A stretch of 60,550 bases of DNA, counting the filler. It is 6 parts of 6 records of this genome, joined end to end, with 100 filler letters (N's around TTAATTAATTAA, not from the genome) between each part and the next. Parts side by side here need not be neighbours in the genome. Positions count along the whole stretch, not along the records: positions 31,453 to 47,143 come from DRR723986_7894; positions 47,244 to 60,550 come from DRR723986_7898; 4 more parts are not named here. One strand, 5' to 3'. The notes beneath the pieces are model-generated. The model searched no databases, was not told where the DNA came from, and worked only from the letters and a program-made list of their open reading frames with translations. Shown one piece after another: positions 42,302 to 51,261 of the stretch. Position 1 is the first letter of the stretch. Each line of letters begins with the position of its first letter. Made by a program: the position numbers and the translations under genes.

Positions 42302-42823
42302 ATGGTCCATCGATCCCTGAAACTCGCCCTCGCCGGAGCGCTGCTGCTCTCGGTTGCCGCCTGCATGGGCGACCGCATGCAGACACCGCCCTTCTACGAG
42401 GACATGGCGCGTGTCGACGGTGTGGTGGATGCTGCAACGGCCGCTCAGATGATCTCGCAATACCGGATCAACAACGGACTGTCGCCAGTGATTGCCGATC
42501 CGCAGCTGACATCCATTGCAAAATCGCAGGCCGACGCAATGGCCGCGGCCGGAAACGTTCAGGCATCGCTCGCCCCGAACCAGCAGCTGGCAACCCGCAT
42601 GGCCTCCATCGGCGAGCCGAAGACGGCTGCCGCCGAAAACGTCAGCGCCGGATACAGAACCTTTGCCGAAGCTTTTTCAGGCTGGCGGGAAAGCCCGAAG
42701 CATAACCAGGTGTTGCTGACGAAAGACGCCACCCGGCTTGGCATCGCGACGGCTTACGCGCCCAATGCCAAGCACAAGGTTTTCTGGTCGCTGGTCATGG
42801 CCGGACCGAAACCGGCCCGGTAA
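42302..42823 (+). CDS. CAP (SCP) domain lipoprotein
   Basis: Lipobox VAAC, AAENVSAGY, W.ESPKH. Confidence 0.88.
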   Translation: MVHRSLKLALAGALLLSVAACMGDRMQTPPFYEDMARVDGVVDAATAAQMISQYRINNGLSPVIADPQLTSIAKSQADAMAAAGNVQASLAPNQQLATRMASIGEPKTAAAENVSAGYRTFAEAFSGWRESPKHNQVLLTKDATRLGIATAYAPNAKHKVFWSLVMAGPKPAR

Positions 42824-42832
42824 CAGCCCGCG

Positions 42833-43399
42833 TCAATAGATACGCGGCTCGAAATACCTTTGCGGATAGCCGGGAAATGAATCCCAGTAGGGCCGGATAA
42901 TGATCGGCTGCGGCGGCGCGACCACGACAGGCGACGCTTCGTAAAGCGGTTCCGGTGCATAGACTGGGCCCGGTTCAACCGGCGGCGGATCATAGGGAGG
43001 ATCGCCCTTGTAGACTGGCCCGCCGCGATAGGCAGGCGCAGGCGCCTCCGCATAGATCGGGTAATCCCGGTAGTAGCGCTGCACACCTAGGTTGATGCCC
43101 GCGCTGGGGATCGGCCGACCATAATAGATGCCTTCACCGCCATAGCTGAGATATTGGCCGGAAACCCATCCCTTCACATTGGTGAAGGCGGCATCGCACC
43201 AGCCGAAGTCGGCCGTACACCCGAAAATGGTTACCCCGCCCCCGCGCGGCACAGTGGCCATCACGGGATAATTGGTTCCCGGTCCGGCGCGCATGTTGAG
43301 ATTGGCCGTCGTGAAGGCAATAGCCGGCCGTGATTGTGCGCTTGCTGGCAGCACCATCATCACGATCGCGGCAAATGCCAGCGAAAAGCGGATCAACAT
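42833..43399 (-). CDS. SH3 domain protein with Pro/Tyr-rich tail
   Basis: Signal peptide, NLNMRAGPGTNYP, C....WC...GWVS..YL. Confidence 0.9.
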   Translation of the reverse strand: MLIRFSLAFAAIVMMVLPASAQSRPAIAFTTANLNMRAGPGTNYPVMATVPRGGGVTIFGCTADFGWCDAAFTNVKGWVSGQYLSYGGEGIYYGRPIPSAGINLGVQRYYRDYPIYAEAPAPAYRGGPVYKGDPPYDPPPVEPGPVYAPEPLYEASPVVVAPPQPIIIRPYWDSFPGYPQRYFEPRIY

Positions 43400-43599
43400 G
43401 TTCAAAACTCCAAAGTTCTGCGCCCTGACGCTTTCAAGAAGCGGCTAGCATCATGGCAAAAGTATAGCGCTGCAGGCGTCTCTATTCCTTCTCACGCCAA
43501 ATGCTGCCCGCCCCAGCTTGCGCCCAGCTTGCGTCCGATTTGCGTTCGGCCTGCATTTCGGGCTTGATAGGCGCACGAACAGCCGGGGGGCTTTGTGAA

Positions 43600-44091
43600 G
43601 TGAAACGAATTCAATCTGTTGCGTCTGCCATGGCGCTGGCGGCGCTCTGGTCTGCTGCATCCATTGCACCGGTGTCGGCCTTCGATGCGCATGCGGGCTA
43701 TTATTACCCGGAGGTGCAGACCCAGGAGGTTTATGTCTCAGAACTGGGCCTTGCACCTGACACGGGCAAGCGGTCGCGGGCAGCCTTCGTCAGCGGCCTT
43801 GCATCCCAGAACGCAAAACTGGGGTATCCGCCCGGATATCACCTCTTCGCCAAGGGCACCGAACTGGAAAAACTGATTGTGGTGGCAACTGGCGACGGGC
43901 GTTATGACACGCTGTTCCGGCTGCGGGCCCTGCTTGCCTCGCTGACCTCGATGGCCCGCACGACGGAACTCTTCGCGCGGTCAAACCAGCCGCAGGACCT
44001 GAACTTCCTCGATCTTTGCAAGATGATCGGCTTCACCCAGGTCACAGTCAGCAACGGCAAGGACGTCACGCACCAGATCAAGGTGCGCTAG
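43600..44091 (+). CDS. Conserved exported hypothetical protein
   Basis: Signal peptide, HAGYYYP. Confidence 0.7.
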   Translation: MKRIQSVASAMALAALWSAASIAPVSAFDAHAGYYYPEVQTQEVYVSELGLAPDTGKRSRAAFVSGLASQNAKLGYPPGYHLFAKGTELEKLIVVATGDGRYDTLFRLRALLASLTSMARTTELFARSNQPQDLNFLDLCKMIGFTQVTVSNGKDVTHQIKVR

Positions 44092-44112
44092 CGGTATTGG
44101 CCCAGGGAACGG

Positions 44113-44877
44113 TCAGCGCCTCAGCTTGCCGTTCAGCCAGTCGCGGTACTGCGACTTGGTTCCGAAGAACGCATTCCGGTCGACGTCGCCTTTGACGCCC
44201 GGCACCCGGCCCTCGGCCGTATACTGCCAGAACACCCAGTCGTCGCGCTGCTCATAGATGTTATTCGGGAAGCTGGCGACCGAGCGCAGCCAGAATTGCT
44301 CGTTCTTGAGCGCACCGACCAGCCTGTCTCGGTGAAAATCGACCGAGGAATAGATCACCGGGCGCTTGCCGTAGTGCTTTTCCATTTCGTCGAGGAAGAT
44401 CTTCATGTCCCGCAGGATCTGCGGTCGTTCCGGCCGTTCCCGGCAGGTCTTGGAATGCGCATTCCATTCCATGTCGAGAACAAGCGGCAGGGCTTGCGGG
44501 TCAACGGGAACGATTTCCTTTACCCACGAAATCTGTTCTTCAACCGGACGGCAGAAATAATAGAAGTGATAGGCCCCGCGCGGCATGCCCGCCTGGCGCG
44601 CTGCCACCCAGTTCTCGACAAAGCGCGGGTCGACGTGGTCGCCGCCTTCGGTCGCCTTGATCCAGGCAAAGGCGACACCGCCCTGTTTTGCGGCCGCCCA
44701 ATCGATATCGCCCTGCCATCGGGACACGTCGATGCCGTGTACCGCGTAGTCTTCTGGCGTTGGATCCGGAAAGTCGTAAGCCGCGCACGAGCTTAAAAAG
44801 ATGAACCCGAAAATGGAACAAAACGATTTTACGATTGCCAGCACAGCGTCCTCGGCAGGGTTAAGAAAGGCTTTCAC
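44113..44877 (-). CDS. GH25 lysozyme/muramidase
   Basis: GIDVSRWQG, IKATEG, GAYHFY, LDME, WQY, VDRN. Confidence 0.95.
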   Translation of the reverse strand: MKAFLNPAEDAVLAIVKSFCSIFGFIFLSSCAAYDFPDPTPEDYAVHGIDVSRWQGDIDWAAAKQGGVAFAWIKATEGGDHVDPRFVENWVAARQAGMPRGAYHFYYFCRPVEEQISWVKEIVPVDPQALPLVLDMEWNAHSKTCRERPERPQILRDMKIFLDEMEKHYGKRPVIYSSVDFHRDRLVGALKNEQFWLRSVASFPNNIYEQRDDWVFWQYTAEGRVPGVKGDVDRNAFFGTKSQYRDWLNGKLRR

Positions 44878-45024
44878 TCACCGCACAAAATGCGCGGGAT
44901 TTCCTAACGGAGCGTAGACGAAATCACGATTTCTCCGCATAAACACGTATCTGTTATCGTGCGGGCAATCGAATAGGGCGGGATTGCGGCGGATCAAAGA
45001 CGTCTGGTCTCTTTCCCTCAATGT

Positions 45025-46224
45025 ATGAGCATGGAAATCGCGACCACCCTGATCGCCATTGGCGCCCTGCTGCTGCTCGGCATGCTGGCCGACGAAATCG
45101 GCCACAGGACGCAGATGCCCCGCGTGACGCTGCTGATCCTGTGCGGACTGGCCGCGGGCCCCGCCTTTCTGGATCTTCTGCCTGAAAACCTGACCCAGCT
45201 TTACGAAACCCTCGCCGTTCTGGCCCTGTCGATGGTCGCCTTCGTTCTGGGCGGCAAACTCTCCAGGGTCCATCTGCAGAACAGCGGCAAGGCCGTAACG
45301 GTCGTTTCGGCTTCAGCGGTCTTGTCAACCGCGATCGTCGTCTTTGCAGGTCTCGCCCTGCTCGGCTTTCCGCTGGAACTGGCACTGATTCTGGCAGCCC
45401 TGGCCACCGCCACCGACCCGGCAGCCACCAGCGATGTCATCCGCCAGTACCGCGCAAAGGGACCCTTCACAACCATCCTGTCCGGCATCGTTGCACTGGA
45501 CGATATCTGGGGCATTCTGGTTTTCGCATTCTGTCTCATGGGAGCACAGGCGCTCATGGGCGGCGATGGCTCGGGCGCCCTGCTGCATGCGGTTTGGGAG
45601 ATTGCCGGATCGCTCCTGCTTGGCGCGATTGTCGGCCTCCCGGCGGGCTACCTGTCAGGCCGCCTCCAACCCGGCGACCCGACCCTTGCCGAGGCGCTTG
45701 GCATCGTGTTCCTGACGGCGGGTCTGGCCATCTGGCTCGACCTCTCATTCCTGCTTGCCGGCATTGCCTGCGGGGCCATGGTGGTCAACACCGGGCGTCA
45801 CCATACCCGGCCGTTCTATGAGATCGAACATATCGAATGGCCGTTCATGATCTTCTTTTTCGTGCTGGCCGGCGCAGCGCTGCAGCCGGACCTGCTTTTG
45901 AAGCTTGGTCTCCTTGGCGCGGCATATGTTCTGCTGCGGCTCGCCGGGCGTCTGGCAGGAGGCTGGCTGGGCGGCAAGCTCAGCGGCGGGGCCGGAACCG
46001 ACCGAAGCTATCTCTTCGGCCTCTCGCTTCTGCCCCAGGCGGGCGTCGCGCTTGGCATGGCCCTGGTCGCTGCCGAAGTGCTGCCGCAGTACCGGGACGA
46101 AATTCTGACCGTCGCCATCGGATCAACCATCGTCTTCGAACTGCTCGGCCCCGCGGCCACTCAGCTCGCCCTGAGACGGGTCGGCGAAACCGGCAAGGCC
46201 GGGGAAGACGATCCCGAGACCTGA
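45025..46224 (+). CDS. Cation:proton antiporter
   Basis: Multi-TM, ATDPAA, ALDD, LLPQAGVALG. Confidence 0.9.
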   Translation: MSMEIATTLIAIGALLLLGMLADEIGHRTQMPRVTLLILCGLAAGPAFLDLLPENLTQLYETLAVLALSMVAFVLGGKLSRVHLQNSGKAVTVVSASAVLSTAIVVFAGLALLGFPLELALILAALATATDPAATSDVIRQYRAKGPFTTILSGIVALDDIWGILVFAFCLMGAQALMGGDGSGALLHAVWEIAGSLLLGAIVGLPAGYLSGRLQPGDPTLAEALGIVFLTAGLAIWLDLSFLLAGIACGAMVVNTGRHHTRPFYEIEHIEWPFMIFFFVLAGAALQPDLLLKLGLLGAAYVLLRLAGRLAGGWLGGKLSGGAGTDRSYLFGLSLLPQAGVALGMALVAAEVLPQYRDEILTVAIGSTIVFELLGPAATQLALRRVGETGKAGEDDPET

Positions 46225-46294
46225 ATTCGTTTGCACTCGGTGGCCGAATCCGTATGACTTGGCTATTCCCGCAACAAGCCTTGGCAAATTTCCC

Positions 46295-47104
46295 ATGACA
46301 GACCGGATCAAACTCGTCACCTGGAACATCAATTCCGTGCGCCTGCGCATGCCGATTGTGGAACAGTTGATCGAGGAAGTCGCACCGGACGTGATCTGCC
46401 TGCAGGAAACCAAGTGCCCGGACGCCAATTTCCCGGAAAACGCCTTCCGCAAGGCGGGATACGAACACATGGCCATCCACGGCCAGAAGGGCTACCACGG
46501 CGTCGCAACGCTTTCCAAGCTGCCGCTGAGCAACATCGAGAAACGCGACTTCTGCCAGGTGGGTGACAGCCGTCACGTGGCCGCGGACGTGCCTTTCAAC
46601 GGCTCCAGCATCCGGCTGCACAATTTCTATGTGCCGGCAGGTGGTGACGAGCCGGATCGCACCATCAACCCGAAATTCGGCCACAAGCTCGACTTCATGG
46701 CAGAGATGCTGGGATGGCTGAAAGGCGAGGAAACCTCGAAACCCGCCATTCTGGTCGGCGACCTCAACGTCGCGCCTTACGAGCACGACGTCTGGTCCCA
46801 CAAGAAGCTCCTGAAGGTGGTCTCACATACCCCGGTCGAAACGGAACTGTTCGAGCAGGTGCGCGAGGCAGGCGGCTGGCTGGACGCCATGCGCCAGTTC
46901 ACCCCGCTGGACGAAAAGCTCTACACCTGGTGGAGCTACCGCGCCAAGGACTGGTCTGCCGCCGACAAGGGCCGCCGTCTTGACCACGTCTGGGTGTCTC
47001 AGCCGCTCGCCCCGTATGTGAAGGGCACCACGGTCCTGCGCGACGCACGCGGCTGGGAAAAGCCGTCGGACCACGCGCCGGTGATCGCCGAATTCGCGAT
47101 CTGA
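46295..47104 (+). CDS. xth: Exodeoxyribonuclease III
   Basis: TWNINSVR, LQETK, GDLN, YTWWSYR, LDH, SDH. Confidence 0.95.
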   Translation: MTDRIKLVTWNINSVRLRMPIVEQLIEEVAPDVICLQETKCPDANFPENAFRKAGYEHMAIHGQKGYHGVATLSKLPLSNIEKRDFCQVGDSRHVAADVPFNGSSIRLHNFYVPAGGDEPDRTINPKFGHKLDFMAEMLGWLKGEETSKPAILVGDLNVAPYEHDVWSHKKLLKVVSHTPVETELFEQVREAGGWLDAMRQFTPLDEKLYTWWSYRAKDWSAADKGRRLDHVWVSQPLAPYVKGTTVLRDARGWEKPSDHAPVIAEFAI

Positions 47105-47143
47105 GGTCACTCTGAGCAAGTGGCCCATCCTTCGAGACAGCGC

Positions 47144-47243
47144 NNNNNNNNNNNNNNNNNNNNNNNNNNNNNNNNNNNNNNNNNNNNTTAATTAATTAAN
47201 NNNNNNNNNNNNNNNNNNNNNNNNNNNNNNNNNNNNNNNNNNN
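47144..47243. other. Artificial contig linker
   Basis: N-run plus TTAATTAATTAA. Confidence 0.99.
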
Positions 47244-47460
47244 AACGACGACCCGCGTGCTCGCCTCGCTCACTCCGCGTGAGGAACGCGTGCTGCGCAT
47301 GCGCTTCGGTATCGGCATGAACACAGACCACACTCTGGAAGAAGTCGGGCAGCAGTTCTCGGTTACCCGTGAACGTATCCGCCAGATCGAAGCGAAGGCG
47401 CTGCGCAAGCTGAAGCACCCGAGCCGGTCTCGCAAGCTGCGGTCGTTCCTGGACAGCTAA
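47244..47460 (+). CDS. rpoD: RNA polymerase sigma-70 region 4 (5' partial)
   Basis: [14 protein letters not shown]...[26 protein letters not shown]. Confidence 0.97.
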
Positions 47461-47488
47461 GCTGCCGGGAAGAGCTTGAAACATCAAA

Positions 47489-47516
47489 GAACCCGGCGGA
47501 GACGCCGGGTTTTTTT
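47489..47516 (+). terminator. Rho-independent terminator of rpoD
   Basis: AACCCGGCG-GAGA-CGCCGGGTT followed by a T-run. Confidence 0.9.
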
Positions 47517-47584
47517 GAAACTTCGAACCTGAATTCAACCGGCAACTTTGCTTTAAGGGCGCTCTATTGGCCATCACCGCCGAC

Positions 47585-48838
47585 ATGGACCGGAACATGG
47601 TCGGGATCGAGCCTGCGGACCGGCGGCTTTTCCTGTGGGGGCTTGTGGTCTCCGCCGTGCTGCACGCGCTTGTGGCCTTGATGCTGCTGGAAGGCGTATC
47701 CGGCTATACGACCCAACCCCTACAGGACGTGGTTGAAGTCGAGCTGCTGCCCCCGCCGCCGCAGGAGGAAGAGACGCCACCTGTGGAACTTGAGCAACCG
47801 GAGCAGGAAGAGGTGGAAACACCCGAACAGCCCGAGTCGCCGGAACAGGAGCAGGCCGAGGAAGCCCCGCCGCCACCTCCACCACCGCCAGCGTCCGCTC
47901 GCGAAGACCTTGCCGAGACGCCCGAACAACCGCCAGAGCCGTCCGTTCTGCAGGAGGTGACCGAGTTCGGCGAAGAAGACACGGGGCTGCAAGGGGAAGA
48001 GGAAACGCCGCCGGCATCCGCGGAAAGCGCATCCTCGGAGAGTGAACAGCAGGCGGAAACCGACGCGCAGACGGATGAGGCCCAGGCGGGCGAAACGGAC
48101 GCCGGCGAAGGGGAGGGTGAGGGCGAAGGTCAGGAGACCGAGGCTGCCGAAACCGACGCGCCGCAGGAGGATGCTTCGGAAGAAGCACAGGATACCGCCG
48201 CTGAAGACGTCGCTGATGATAGCGAAGCTCCAGAGGAGGCCTCAGACGTTGCCGAAACACCCGAACAGCCGGAGGCCCTGCCAGAGGAGACCATTGGAAC
48301 CGGCGCGGAAACGGACACGGCTGAAACCGGAGAGCAGCCCGCCGAAGACTTCGGAATTGTCGGACCGATCGCAACCAACAAGACGCCCGCTCCCAAACCA
48401 CCGAAACCGGTGGCTTCGCCTCAACGCGACCAGGCAGGAGGAGGGCGAACATCAGGCGGCTCGGAAGGACCTCCAGCCGGAATGATCGCAGCTCGGGAAC
48501 TTTATTCCCGCGATATTCTGGATGATCCGCAGGCACGCACGGCCATGCGCGGCATGACCGAGGGCCAGCGGCTGAACCTCTTGTGCATGACCGAGTTGAG
48601 AGAGCAGATTGCTTCCGTCAGTTCCTTGCCGCCCGAACTGCTGCCGTCTTTCCGGCCTCGGGGCGGCAACGTTCTGCAGCCGCGTATCGCTGCTTTCCGC
48701 AGTCTTGGCCGCTGGTTCGACGTGGCTTTCCGCTGCGAGACGGACAGCGGCGTGACGCGTGTGGAGCGGTTCTCCTTCAAGATCGGCAAGGAGATCCCGC
48801 AAAGCCAGTGGCTGGAACGGGGACTGACGGGGTTCTGA
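47585..48838 (+). CDS. DUF930-like protein with N-terminal TM and long acidic/Pro-rich linker
   Basis: SAVLHALV TM, E/P/A-rich region, C-terminal LC..E..EQ...AFRS.G.W....FRC. Confidence 0.8.
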   Translation: MDRNMVGIEPADRRLFLWGLVVSAVLHALVALMLLEGVSGYTTQPLQDVVEVELLPPPPQEEETPPVELEQPEQEEVETPEQPESPEQEQAEEAPPPPPPPPASAREDLAETPEQPPEPSVLQEVTEFGEEDTGLQGEEETPPASAESASSESEQQAETDAQTDEAQAGETDAGEGEGEGEGQETEAAETDAPQEDASEEAQDTAAEDVADDSEAPEEASDVAETPEQPEALPEETIGTGAETDTAETGEQPAEDFGIVGPIATNKTPAPKPPKPVASPQRDQAGGGRTSGGSEGPPAGMIAARELYSRDILDDPQARTAMRGMTEGQRLNLLCMTELREQIASVSSLPPELLPSFRPRGGNVLQPRIAAFRSLGRWFDVAFRCETDSGVTRVERFSFKIGKEIPQSQWLERGLTGF

Positions 48839-48858
48839 CCCCGCCAGTTTGACTGACC

Positions 48859-49854
48859 TCAGGACTGACTCTTGAATTGCAGCGACGCGTTGGCGATTTC
48901 GTGCGCACGCATGTTCACCGCCCAATTGTAGAACGACGTCTTGCGAGAGGGGCCGAGTATGGAGCTGATGATCACGTGCGACGGGGTCTTCATCGCCAGC
49001 GCGGTGAATTCCAGCGGATCATCGCTTTCAATCGTGCGGGCACCGACGGTCACTTCGGTGGCTTCGATAAACGGCGGGTCGAGCGCCACCGCTTTCGACG
49101 TCGCACCCGCGTCGAAAATGATGTCGGAACCTTTGAACTCCCGTCGGGTCTTGCCCAGTTCCTGAACAAGGTCTACCGGCTGCTGTGCGCTGATCGCCTT
49201 CAGTCTGGCGAACCCGAGGATCTCGCCGTTGGAGCCCGTGCGGGCAAAGTCGATGGCCATGCGATCGGCCAGACCGGATTGCGGCTGGTTGACATGCCAG
49301 GACGCCGGGAAGAAGAAGCCGATGTCCTGGAACAGGGAAAAGTTGCTCCAGTCCTCGATCACATTCGGCTGCCTGACCTGTTCGGTGCGGAAGGACCTGA
49401 CGGCCATGTTGACGATGTCCGAAAGGGCAGCAAACTCGCTGGAAGGAACAAAGGCCTGGATCAGGATCAGCGTATCGCCATTCACCGTGACGGTGACGAG
49501 GCCGCGCAGTTCGTGGCCTTCGGCCCTGACGAAGCAGCTTGCGCGTGCGCGGCGAGCATCAATTGGCTGCAGGGTGTCGACATGCCAGGACGACAGGGAG
49601 CAGTAGTATTCGAGCCAGTGTGCGGCCGAGATCTCGTTGTTGAGGAGAATGCCGATCACCTGAACGGAGATATTCGTCGCCTGGGGAGGTTCGAAAACCG
49701 CAATGATGGTGGGGCTGTCCACCGTGAGGGGCTGCTCGTTGACCTGCTTCACCTCCCAGCTTCCGGGAAGCAGAAGCTGGAACGCAAACGGGGCCGGGCT
49801 GATTGCGGTCAGTTCGGCGGCGACATAATCCTCAGTGGTCATTCCGATCATCAC
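48859..49854 (-). CDS. Hypothetical protein with two PsbP/DcrB-like repeats (putative chaperone/immunity)
   Basis: Two similar starts, FQLLLPGSW and IGFFFPASW; directly downstream of the PAAR gene. Confidence 0.55.
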   Translation of the reverse strand: MMIGMTTEDYVAAELTAISPAPFAFQLLLPGSWEVKQVNEQPLTVDSPTIIAVFEPPQATNISVQVIGILLNNEISAAHWLEYYCSLSSWHVDTLQPIDARRARASCFVRAEGHELRGLVTVTVNGDTLILIQAFVPSSEFAALSDIVNMAVRSFRTEQVRQPNVIEDWSNFSLFQDIGFFFPASWHVNQPQSGLADRMAIDFARTGSNGEILGFARLKAISAQQPVDLVQELGKTRREFKGSDIIFDAGATSKAVALDPPFIEATEVTVGARTIESDDPLEFTALAMKTPSHVIISSILGPSRKTSFYNWAVNMRAHEIANASLQFKSQS

Positions 49855-49898
49855 CCTTGGGTGTTCCTGCCGGCGGTCTCGAGTGCAAAACCACCTGT

Positions 49899-51011
49899 CT
49901 AATAAACTCCGACAAAGACCTTGAAGCCCGCCATCGGACCAGCCCCTGCCTTGGCTTCCGCAGTCACGCCATAGGCGCCACCGATTTTTCCTGCCTGCGC
50001 GCTGGCCCCGGCTGCAGCCCCGACACCGGCTTCTCCGCGACCTCCGATTCGAAGGCCGTGGTCATAGGCACTGTCGAGCGTTCGTTTCGCCGGATCTCCG
50101 CTCACCCAGCTCAAAAACGGGCCAAGGGTGTTGTCGTACAGGGTTTTGGGACTGATGTTAATGGTGCCTTCGGCGCTGGCCTGTACCAGAACGAGTTCAC
50201 CTCCGATTTTGCCTTCCACTCCCGCAAAATCTTCGGATTTTCTGAAGCCGACACCGCCTTCGGCTGAAGCGGACAAGGCTTCGCCTTCCACCTTGCCACC
50301 GACAAGCCCGTTGAGTGTCTTGCCTTCGGCCTTTCCGGTGATGGCGGCAACCTTCGCATTTGCATAAGCTCCAGCGGCAAAGTCCCCGTTGATATCGCCG
50401 GATATGCCGAGCTTTGCCTCCGCGCTCGCCTCGGTCTTGAAATGACCGCCTTCCGATTCCCAGAAGGTCTTTTCCTTGCTGAACAGCTCATACTCGTATT
50501 CGGCGCTGATCTCGGCGTCGTCCTTAAGCTGATCCTTCAGCGAACGCTGTTCTTTGTCCGGATTCTCAACGCCTTTCGAGTTGTATTTTTTCTTGTATCT
50601 TTCCTTGTACGGCTTCTCGCCGCCTTTCTCCGCGCCGGCAGAGAACTTGTGCGGACTTTTTGCCGGAGGCGCTGCGCCGCCTGCTCCTCCGCCACCGCCT
50701 CCACCGCCACCGCCTTGCGTTCCGATCAGAACCGTTGGCAGGCCGGTTATGATTGTTCCGGCCTTTGCGGTCAGATCGGTCATTCGCGCAGCAGGGCTGC
50801 CTTCGACCAGAACCGTCCACGCACCCGTAATGATGGGGTCACCACCAGCTGGAGGCGGCGGGCCGACGCAAACGCACATGTCGCCAACACGTGCCTGCGG
50901 CAGCTTGCCGGTAAGCACGGTATAGGCGCCTTTCCATACGATTGGCGCGGGAACGCCCATGCACATGGGGCAGGTGTGCAGGTCGGTGAGACGAGCGGCA
51001 GGAAAACCCAT
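49899..51011 (-). CDS. PAAR-domain protein with C-terminal extension (putative effector)
   Basis: PAAR/PQAR/PAAR motifs, ...PTVLIG, poly-Gly linker, Gly/Ala-rich C-terminal domain. Confidence 0.9.
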   Translation of the reverse strand: MGFPAARLTDLHTCPMCMGVPAPIVWKGAYTVLTGKLPQARVGDMCVCVGPPPPAGGDPIITGAWTVLVEGSPAARMTDLTAKAGTIITGLPTVLIGTQGGGGGGGGGGAGGAAPPAKSPHKFSAGAEKGGEKPYKERYKKKYNSKGVENPDKEQRSLKDQLKDDAEISAEYEYELFSKEKTFWESEGGHFKTEASAEAKLGISGDINGDFAAGAYANAKVAAITGKAEGKTLNGLVGGKVEGEALSASAEGGVGFRKSEDFAGVEGKIGGELVLVQASAEGTINISPKTLYDNTLGPFLSWVSGDPAKRTLDSAYDHGLRIGGRGEAGVGAAAGASAQAGKIGGAYGVTAEAKAGAGPMAGFKVFVGVY

Positions 51012-51261
51012 AAATGAACCGGTCTTAATAAAAACTGCCGGATCATCGGAAAGTTGTTTCACACTGTCAATACTGCTTATCGCGACCAGGAGACGGATCG
51101 GGCATGAAGAAGACCTTAGTTGCTGCAGAACAGGCAAAGGTCACCCGAGTTGAGGCGGCAGTTTTCTTCGAATGAAAGTTTACGTTACGACAATCACCAG
51201 AATTTCATAACCGTCAGTCTATCCTTCTCCTGCTTTCCCGATTGGCAAACGGAGGGATTAT

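Noticed and set aside
47106-47143. CCCATCCTTCGAGAC at the contig end
   Set aside because: It is probably the start of a common Rhizobiales intergenic repeat that broke the assembly, but it is too short to call.
5970-47243. Five recurring TTAATTAATTAA motifs within N-runs, and apparent gene neighbourhoods across them
   Set aside because: These are artificial concatenation linkers. Genes on either side are truncated and come from different contigs and probably different organisms, so no cross-linker synteny is inferred.
47760-48420. Repetitive GAG/CCG-rich DNA, with GCCGA(G/A)AC(G/A)CCCGAACA repeated
   Set aside because: It encodes the low-complexity acidic linker of the DUF930 protein and is not a CRISPR or DNA repeat array.
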